Source: Escherichia phage PP01
DNA length: 64,000 bases
Sequence record: NC_054930.1
Direction: 5' to 3' (one strand)
Below, in pieces: positions 52,861 through 64,000 of the stretch (position 1 is its first letter; each line of letters starts with the position of its first letter). A model generated the notes under the pieces. The model made no database searches and was not told the origin of the DNA. It was given only the letters and a program-made list of their open reading frames with translations. A program made the translations under genes and the position numbers.

Positions 52861-55800
52861 ATGGCCGAGATTAAAAGAAAGTTCAGAGCAGAAGATGGTC
52901 TGGACGCAGGTGGTGATAAAATAATCAACGTAGCTTTAGCTGATCGTGCCGTAGGAACTGACGGCGTTAACGTTGATTACTTAATTCAAGAAAACACAGT
53001 TCAACAATATGATCCAACTCGTGGATATTTAAAAGATTTTGTAATCATTTATGATAACCGCTTTTGGGCTGCTATAAATGATATTCCAAAACCAGCAGGA
53101 GCTTTTAATAGCGTACGATGGAGAGCGTTACGTACTCATGCAAACTGGACAGCTGTTTCATCAGGACCTTATCAATTAAAATCAGGCGAATCAATTTCAG
53201 TTGATACTGCAGCTGGTAATGACATTACATTTACTTTACCATCTACCCCAATTGACGGTGATACTATCGTTCTCCAAGATATTGGAGGAAAACCTGGAGT
53301 TAATCAAGTTTTAATTACAGCTCCGGTACAAAGCATTGTAAATTTTAGAGGTCAGCAAGTACGATCAGTACTAATGACTCATCCAAAATCACAGATAGTT
53401 TTAATTTTTAGTAATCGTCTGTGGCAAATGTATGTCGCTGATTATAGTAGAGAAGCTGTAGTTGTAACGCCTGCGAGTCTCTATCAGGCGCAATCAAACG
53501 ATTTTATCGTACGTAGATTTACTTCTGCTTCAGCAATTAATATTAAACTTCCAAGATTTGCTAATCATGGCGATATTATTAATTTCGTTGATTTGGATAA
53601 ATTAAATCCTCTTTATCACACAATTGTTACTACATATGATGAAACAACTTCAGTACAAGAAGTTGGAACTCATTCCATTGAAGGCCGTACATCGATTGAC
53701 GGTTTCTTGATGTTTGATGATAATGAGAAATTGTGGAGATTGTTTGACGGGGATAGTAAAGCACGTTTACGCATTATAACAACTAATTCTAATATTCGTC
53801 CAAATGAAGAAGTCATGGTATTTGGCGCGAATAATGGAACAACCCAAACAATTGAACTTCAGCTTCCGACTGATATTTCTGTTGGTGATACTGTCAAAAT
53901 TTCCATGAATTACATGAGAAAAGGACAAACAGTTAAAATCAAAGCTGCAGGTGAAGATAAAATTGCTTCTTCAGTTCAATTGTTGCAATTCCCAAAACGC
54001 TCAGAATATCCGCCTGAAGCTGAATGGGTAACAGTTCAAGAATTAGTTTTTAACGGTGAAACTAATTATGTTCCAGTTTTGGAGCTTGCTTATATAGAAG
54101 ATTCTGATGGAAAATACTGGGTTGTACAACAAAACGTTCCAACTGTAGAAAGAGTAGATTCTTTAAATGATTCTACTAGAGCAAGATTAGGCGTAATTGC
54201 TTTAGCTACACAAGCTCAAGCTAATGCTGATTTAGAAAATTCTCCACAAAAAGAATTGGCAATTACTCCAGAAACGTTAGCTAACCGTACTGCTACTGAA
54301 ACTCGCAGAGGTATCGCAAGAATAGCAACAACTGCTCAAGTTAACCAGGATACTACATTCTCTTTTGCTGATGATATTATCATCACTCCTAAAAAGCTGA
54401 ATGAAAGAACAGCTACTGAAACTCGCAGAGGTGTTGCTGAAATTGCTACGCAGCAAGAAACTAATGCAGGAACCGATGATACTACAATCATCACTCCTAA
54501 AAAGCTTCAAGCTCGTCAAGGTTCTGAATCATTATCTGGTATTGTAACCTTTGTATCTACTGCAGGTGCTACTCCAGCTTCTAGCCGTGAATTAAATGGT
54601 ACGAATGTTTATAATAAAAACACTGATAATTTAGTTGTTTCACCTAAAGCTTTGGATCAGTATAAAGCTACTCCAACACAACAAGGTGCGGTAATTTTAG
54701 CAGTTGAAAGTGAAGTAATTGCTGGACAAAGTCAGGAAGGATGGGCAAATGCTGTTGTAACGCCAGAAACGTTACATAAAAAGACATCAACTGATGGAAG
54801 AATTGGTTTAATTGAAATTGCTACGCAAAGTGAAGTTAATACAGGAACTGATTATACTCGTGCAGTCACTCCTAAAACTTTAAATGACCGTAGAGCAACT
54901 GAAAGTTTAAGTGGTATAGCTGAAATTGCTACACAAGTTGAATTCGACGCAGGCGTCGACGATACTCGTATCTCTACGCCATTAAAAATTAAAACCAGAT
55001 TTAATAGTACTGATCGTACTTCTGTTGTTGCTCTATCTGGATTAGTTGAATCAGGAACTCTCTGGGACCATTATACCCTTAATATTCTTGAAGCAAATGA
55101 GACACAGCGTGGTACACTTCGTGTGGCTACACAAGTTGAAGCTGCTGCAGGAACATTGGATAATGTTCTAATAACTCCTAAAAAGCTTTTAGGTACTAAA
55201 TCTACTGAAGCACAGGAAGGTGTTATTAAAGTTGCAACTCAGTCTGAAACTGTGGCTGGAACGTCAGCAAATACTGCTGTATCTCCAAAAAATTTAAAAT
55301 GGATTGTGCAGAGTGAACCAACTTGGGCAGCAACTACTCTGATAAGAGGGTTTGTTAAAACTTCATCTGGTTCAATTACATTCGTTGGTAATGATACCGT
55401 TGGTTCAACGCAGTCATTAGAATTATACGAGAAAAATAGTTATGCAGTATCGCCATACGAATTAAACCGTGTATTAGCAAATTATTTGCCGTTAAAAGCA
55501 AAAGCTGTAGATAGTAATTTACTGGATGGTCTAGATTCATCTCAGTTCATTCGTAGGGATATTGCACAAACGGTTAATGGTTCACTAACCTTAACACAAC
55601 AAACGAATCTGAGTGCCCCTCTTGTATCATCTAGTACTGCTACATTCGGTGGATCAGTTTCAGCAAATAGTACATTAACTATTTCTAATACTGGAACGGC
55701 AACTCGTCTGATTTTTGAGAAAGGACCTCAAACTGGAACAAACCCGGCTCAAACGATGACAGTCAGAGTGTGGGGAAATCAATTTAGCGGGGAATCAGAC

Positions 55801-56730
55801 ACAACACGTTCTACCGTATTTGAAGTTAGTGATGAAACGTCTAGTCATTTTTATTCTCAGCGTAATAAAGCTGGAAATATAACATTTAATATCAACGGTA
55901 CAGTAACACCGATAAATGTTAATGCTTCAGGAACATTGAATGCAAATGGTGTAGCAACATTTGGTAATTCAGTCACTGCAACTGGTGAAATTATTTCTCG
56001 AAGCGCAAATGCTTTCCGTGCTATTAACGGAAATTATGGTTTCATTGTTCGCAATGATGGATCAGTAACGAATTTTATGCTTACTGCATCGGGTGATCAG
56101 ACTGGTGGATTTAATGGATTACGTCCTTTAGCTATTAATAATGCATCTGGCCAAGTAACGATTGGTGAAAGCTTAATCATTGCCAAAGGTGCTACTATAA
56201 ATTCAGGCGGTTTGACTGTTAACTCGAGAATTCGTTCTCAGGGCACTAAAACATCTGATTTATACACCCGCGCTCCAACATCTGATACTGTAGGATTCTG
56301 GTCAATTGATATTAACGATTCAGCCACTTATAACCAGTTCCCGGGTTATTTTAAAATGGTTGAAAAAACTAATGAAGTGACTGGGCTTCCATACTTAGAA
56401 CGTGGCGAAGAAGTTAAATCTCCTGGTACATTGACTCAGTTTGGTAACACACTTGATTCGCTTTACCAAGATTGGATTACTTATCCAACGACCCCAGAAG
56501 CACGTACCACTCGCTGGACGCGTACATGGCAGAAAACTAAAAATTCTTGGTCAAGTTTTGTTCAGGTATTTGATGGAGGTAACCCTCCTCAACCTTCGGA
56601 TATAGGAGCAATCCCATCTGATAATGGAATAATAGGTAATCTTACTATTCGTGATTTCTTACGAATTGGTAATGTTCGCATTATTCCTGACCCAGTGAAT
56701 AAAACTGTTAAATTTGAATGGGTTGAATAA
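52861..56730 (+). CDS. 34: Long tail fibre proximal subunit gp34
   Basis: 1289 aa; internal repeat motifs; synteny. Confidence 0.96.
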   Translation: MAEIKRKFRAEDGLDAGGDKIINVALADRAVGTDGVNVDYLIQENTVQQYDPTRGYLKDFVIIYDNRFWAAINDIPKPAGAFNSVRWRALRTHANWTAVSSGPYQLKSGESISVDTAAGNDITFTLPSTPIDGDTIVLQDIGGKPGVNQVLITAPVQSIVNFRGQQVRSVLMTHPKSQIVLIFSNRLWQMYVADYSREAVVVTPASLYQAQSNDFIVRRFTSASAINIKLPRFANHGDIINFVDLDKLNPLYHTIVTTYDETTSVQEVGTHSIEGRTSIDGFLMFDDNEKLWRLFDGDSKARLRIITTNSNIRPNEEVMVFGANNGTTQTIELQLPTDISVGDTVKISMNYMRKGQTVKIKAAGEDKIASSVQLLQFPKRSEYPPEAEWVTVQELVFNGETNYVPVLELAYIEDSDGKYWVVQQNVPTVERVDSLNDSTRARLGVIALATQAQANADLENSPQKELAITPETLANRTATETRRGIARIATTAQVNQDTTFSFADDIIITPKKLNERTATETRRGVAEIATQQETNAGTDDTTIITPKKLQARQGSESLSGIVTFVSTAGATPASSRELNGTNVYNKNTDNLVVSPKALDQYKATPTQQGAVILAVESEVIAGQSQEGWANAVVTPETLHKKTSTDGRIGLIEIATQSEVNTGTDYTRAVTPKTLNDRRATESLSGIAEIATQVEFDAGVDDTRISTPLKIKTRFNSTDRTSVVALSGLVESGTLWDHYTLNILEANETQRGTLRVATQVEAAAGTLDNVLITPKKLLGTKSTEAQEGVIKVATQSETVAGTSANTAVSPKNLKWIVQSEPTWAATTLIRGFVKTSSGSITFVGNDTVGSTQSLELYEKNSYAVSPYELNRVLANYLPLKAKAVDSNLLDGLDSSQFIRRDIAQTVNGSLTLTQQTNLSAPLVSSSTATFGGSVSANSTLTISNTGTATRLIFEKGPQTGTNPAQTMTVRVWGNQFSGESDTTRSTVFEVSDETSSHFYSQRNKAGNITFNINGTVTPINVNASGTLNANGVATFGNSVTATGEIISRSANAFRAINGNYGFIVRNDGSVTNFMLTASGDQTGGFNGLRPLAINNASGQVTIGESLIIAKGATINSGGLTVNSRIRSQGTKTSDLYTRAPTSDTVGFWSIDINDSATYNQFPGYFKMVEKTNEVTGLPYLERGEEVKSPGTLTQFGNTLDSLYQDWITYPTTPEARTTRWTRTWQKTKNSWSSFVQVFDGGNPPQPSDIGAIPSDNGIIGNLTIRDFLRIGNVRIIPDPVNKTVKFEWVE

Positions 56731-56738
56731 GAGGTATT

Positions 56739-57854
56739 ATGGAAAAATTTATGGCAGAGTTTGGACAAGGATATGTCCAAACGCCATTTTTATCGGAAAG
56801 CAATTCAGTAAGATACAAAATAAGCATAGCGGGTTCTTGCCCGCTTTCTACAGCAGGACCATACGTTAAATTTCAGGATAATCCTGTAGGAAGTCAAACA
56901 TTTAGCGCAGGCCTTCATTTAAGAGTTTTTGACCCTTCCACGGGAGCATTAGTTGATAGTAAGTCATATGCTTTTTCGACTTCAAATGATACAACATCTG
57001 CCGCTTTTGTTAGCTTCATGAATTCTTTGACGAATAATCGAATTGTTGCTATATTAACTAACGGAAAGGTTAATTTTCCTCCTGAAGTAGTATCTTGGTT
57101 AAGAACCGCAGGAACGTCTGCTTTTCCATCTGATTCTATATTGTCAAGATTTGACGTATCATATGCTGCTTTTTACACTTCTTCTAAAAGAGCTATCGCA
57201 TTAGAGCATGTTAAACTGAGTAATAGAAAAAGCACAGATGATTATCAAACTATTTTAGATGTTGTATTTGACAGTTTAGAAGATGTTGGAGCTACCGGGT
57301 TTCCAAGAAGAACGTATGAAAGTGTTGAGCAATTCATGTCAGCGGTTGGTGGAACTAATAACGAAATTGCACGTTTACCAACTTCATCCGCGATAAGTAA
57401 ACTCTCTGATTATAATTTAATTCCTGGCGATGTTCTTTATCTTAAAGCGCAGTTATATGCTGATGCAGATTTACTTGCGCTTGGAACTACAAATATATCT
57501 ATCCGTTTTTATGATGAATTGAATGGATATATTTCTTCAACACACGCTGAGTTTACTGGACAAGCTGGGTCATGGGAATTAAAGGAAGATTATGTAGTTA
57601 TTCCAGAAAATGCAGTAGGATTTACGATATATGCACAAAGAACTGCTCAAGCTGGTCAAGGTGGCATGAGGAATTTAAGCTTTTCGGAAGTGTCAAGAAA
57701 TGGAAGTATTTCGAAACCTGCTGAATTTGGCGTCAATGGTATTCGAGTTAATTATGTCTGTGAATCTGCTTCACCTCCAGATATAATGGTACTTCCTACA
57801 CAAGCATCGTCTAAAACTGGTAAAGTGTTTGGACAAGAATTTAGAGAAGTTTAA
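56739..57854 (+). CDS. 35: Long tail fibre hinge protein gp35
   Basis: 371 aa; synteny. Confidence 0.92.
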   Translation: MEKFMAEFGQGYVQTPFLSESNSVRYKISIAGSCPLSTAGPYVKFQDNPVGSQTFSAGLHLRVFDPSTGALVDSKSYAFSTSNDTTSAAFVSFMNSLTNNRIVAILTNGKVNFPPEVVSWLRTAGTSAFPSDSILSRFDVSYAAFYTSSKRAIALEHVKLSNRKSTDDYQTILDVVFDSLEDVGATGFPRRTYESVEQFMSAVGGTNNEIARLPTSSAISKLSDYNLIPGDVLYLKAQLYADADLLALGTTNISIRFYDELNGYISSTHAEFTGQAGSWELKEDYVVIPENAVGFTIYAQRTAQAGQGGMRNLSFSEVSRNGSISKPAEFGVNGIRVNYVCESASPPDIMVLPTQASSKTGKVFGQEFREV

Positions 57855-57860
57855 ATTGAG

Positions 57861-57880
57861 GGAGCCTTCGGGTTCCCTTT
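57861..57880 (+). terminator. Hairpin GGAGCC-UUCG-GGUUCC followed by a U-run after gene 35
   Basis: Inverted repeat with U-run. Confidence 0.55.
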
Positions 57881-57885
57881 TTCTT

Positions 57886-57893
57886 TATAAATA
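57886..57893 (+). promoter_or_regulatory. Late promoter TATAAATA for genes 36-37
   Basis: Exact TATAAATA about 23 nt upstream of ATG. Confidence 0.7.
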
Positions 57894-57916
57894 CTATTAA
57901 AATAAAGGGGCATACA

Positions 57917-58573
57917 ATGGCTGATTTAAAAGTAGGTTCAACAACTGGAGGCTCTGTCATTTGGCATCAAGGAAATTTTCCATTGAATCCAGCCGGTGAC
58001 GATGTACTCTATAAATCATATAAAATATATTCAGAATATAATAAGCCACAAGCTGTTGATAACGATTTCGTTTCTAAAGCTAATGGTGGTACTTATTTAA
58101 ATAAAGTAATTTTTAATAAAGGAATGACTGTTCCTGGCGCAGGGTCAGGCGATAACGGTATTTTTGCTGGTCCTGGTGATAGTGCCACGTATGATACTAC
58201 AAATATGGATATTGTTTCGTGGTATGGTATTGGTTTTAAATCATCACAGGGTTCAGCGGGTAGAACTGTAGTAATTAACACGCGAAATGGAGATATTAGC
58301 TCAAAGGGTGTAATTGAAGCATCACAAATACGCGCAACTTCATTATCTCCAGTAAATAATTATGACCTTACACGGAAAGATTATGTTGATGGAGCAATAA
58401 ATATTGTTACAGCAAACGCAAACTCTAGGGTATTACGCTCTGGAGACACTATGACAGGAAATTTAACTGCGCCAAACCTTTTTTCACAGAATCCTGCATC
58501 TCAACCCTCACATGTTCCACGATTTGATCAAATTGTTATTAAGGATTCTGTTCAAGATTTCGGCTATTATTAA
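57917..58573 (+). CDS. 36: Long tail fibre distal small subunit gp36
   Basis: 218 aa; synteny. Confidence 0.92.
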   Translation: MADLKVGSTTGGSVIWHQGNFPLNPAGDDVLYKSYKIYSEYNKPQAVDNDFVSKANGGTYLNKVIFNKGMTVPGAGSGDNGIFAGPGDSATYDTTNMDIVSWYGIGFKSSQGSAGRTVVINTRNGDISSKGVIEASQIRATSLSPVNNYDLTRKDYVDGAINIVTANANSRVLRSGDTMTGNLTAPNLFSQNPASQPSHVPRFDQIVIKDSVQDFGYY

Positions 58574-58581
58574 GAGGACTT

Positions 58582-62722
<4,141 letters not shown>

Positions 62723-62752
62723 TTTGAATAAATATCCTTAAAAGGAGGGTCT

Positions 62753-63409
62753 ATGGCAGCACCTAGAATATCATTTTCGCCCTCTGATATTCTGTTGGGT
62801 GTTCTAGATCGCTTGTTCAAAGATAACGCTACCGGGAAGGTTCTTGCTTCCCGGGTAGCTGTCGTAATTCTTTTGTTTATAATGGCGATTGTTTGGTATA
62901 GGGGAGATAGTTTCTTTGAGTACTATAAGCAATCAAAGTATGAAACATACAGTGAAATTATTGAAAAGGAAAGAAATGCACGCTTTGAATCTGTCGCCCT
63001 GGAACAACTCCAGATAGTTCATATATCATCTGAGGCAGACTTTAGTGCGGTATATTCTTTCCGCCCTAAAAACTTAAACTATTTTGTTGATATTATAGCA
63101 TATGAAGGAAAATTACCTTCAACAATAAGCGAAAAATCACTTGGAGGATATCCTGTTGATAAAACTATGGATGAATATACAGTTCATTTAAATGGACGTC
63201 ATTATTATTCCGACTCAAAATTTGCTTTTTTACCAACTAAAAAGCCTACTCCCGAAATAAACTACATGTACAGTTGTCCATATTTCAATTTGGATAATAT
63301 CTATGCTGGAACAATAACTATGTACTGGTATAGAAATGATCATATAAGTAATGACCGCCTTGAATCAATATGTGCTCAGGCGGCCAGAATATTAGGAAGG
63401 GCTAAATAA
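62753..63409 (+). CDS. t: Holin T
   Basis: 218 aa; single N-terminal transmembrane segment VAVVILLFIMAIVWY and a large periplasmic domain. Confidence 0.95.
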   Translation: MAAPRISFSPSDILLGVLDRLFKDNATGKVLASRVAVVILLFIMAIVWYRGDSFFEYYKQSKYETYSEIIEKERNARFESVALEQLQIVHISSEADFSAVYSFRPKNLNYFVDIIAYEGKLPSTISEKSLGGYPVDKTMDEYTVHLNGRHYYSDSKFAFLPTKKPTPEINYMYSCPYFNLDNIYAGTITMYWYRNDHISNDRLESICAQAARILGRAK

Positions 63410-63682
63410 TTATTTGTTCGTATACATCTCTAGATATCGATATACACCCTCAAAACCCTCGTTGAATTCGTCGATGAGGGTTTTCTTATCTTCTTGAGTT
63501 AATTCAGAAACAATTTTACGGAATGAATTCTGATTTAATTTTCTACCTTCATGCGTTACTCCAATCTCATTCAGAAATGCAATAAAATTAGCACGATTTT
63601 CAACAATATCTTCTCTGGAAAATTTAATCAAAATAGACGCAACAGTAATAATTTCACGAACTGTATCAATATTTTTATTCAT
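63410..63682 (-). CDS. asiA: Anti-sigma-70 factor AsiA
   Basis: 90 aa; N-terminus MNKNIDTVREIITVASILIKF. Confidence 0.95.
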   Translation of the reverse strand: MNKNIDTVREIITVASILIKFSREDIVENRANFIAFLNEIGVTHEGRKLNQNSFRKIVSELTQEDKKTLIDEFNEGFEGVYRYLEMYTNK

Positions 63683-63694
63683 TAACTATACCAC

Positions 63695-63847
63695 TCAATT
63701 AGTTGACTTTATTATAGTATCATCAGACGCTTGATTTGTAAACTGGTCTGTGTTATTTTCTTCAAAAATTTTTTCTACGAATTCCTTGAACGACTTACGT
63801 TCCTGAGCTACATTATGCTCGATTACCTTTTCAAGATTATGACTCAT
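63695..63847 (-). CDS. Hypothetical 50-aa protein; not in the ORF track
   Basis: Hand-translated ATG..TGA (MSHNLEKVIEHNVAQERKSFKEF...); start overlaps the upstream stop (ATGA). Confidence 0.35.
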   Translation of the reverse strand: MSHNLEKVIEHNVAQERKSFKEFVEKIFEENNTDQFTNQASDDTIIKSTN

Positions 63848-64000
63848 TCGAAATAATCTTCAATTTCATAATCATGGACATAAATCATTATAGTTTTTAA
63901 TACATCATCAATACTTTTTCCTGGAGCTGGAATTACGTAAAAATACCCTGCTTTTGAGAGGTCTTTATAAGTTCCAATCAAGAAATCATTATTCTCAAGA
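63844..64000 (-). CDS. 3' end of an ORF running off the window (...IMIYVHDYEIEDYFE*); possibly arn-region
   Basis: Open minus-strand frame to the window edge. Confidence 0.35.
   Translation of the reverse strand, partial: LENNDFLIGTYKDLSKAGYFYVIPAPGKSIDDVLKTIMIYVHDYEIEDYFE

Overview
This window is a ~64 kb stretch of a T4-like (T-even) myophage genome. It is colinear with phage T4 from the 3' end of gene 17 through the head and tail genes 18-19-20-67-68-21-22-23, segD, 24, rnlB, hoc, inh, uvsW, uvsY, the baseplate/tail genes 25-26-51-27-28-29-48-54, alt, DNA ligase (30) and the 30.x cluster, rIII, 31, cd, pseT, a spanin pair, alc, rnlA, denA, nrdB, nrdA, td, frd, 32, 59, 33, dsbA, rnh, the long tail fibre genes 34-35-36-37-38, holin t and asiA. 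Identification rests on the ORF translations (remembered T4 protein N-termini, lengths and catalytic motifs), on TATAAATA late promoters and T4-type early promoters (GTTTACA-17 bp-TATAAT) placed correctly upstream of genes, and on GC-rich tetraloop hairpins after genes. No database search was run. It is not T4 itself, judged against T4 as I remember it: Hoc carries an extra Ig-like module, there are two full-length Alt-type ADP-ribosyltransferase genes in tandem, td and nrdB are uninterrupted (no group I introns), mobE and segG are absent, an HNH endonuclease gene sits between genes 18 and 19, segD is frameshifted, an extra ORF sits between frd and td, and the gp37/gp38 fibre tip is of the T2 type. 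I found no clearly new multi-gene system; the best candidates for undescribed function are the small accessory ORFs listed in the findings. No tRNA, rRNA or CRISPR array was seen.
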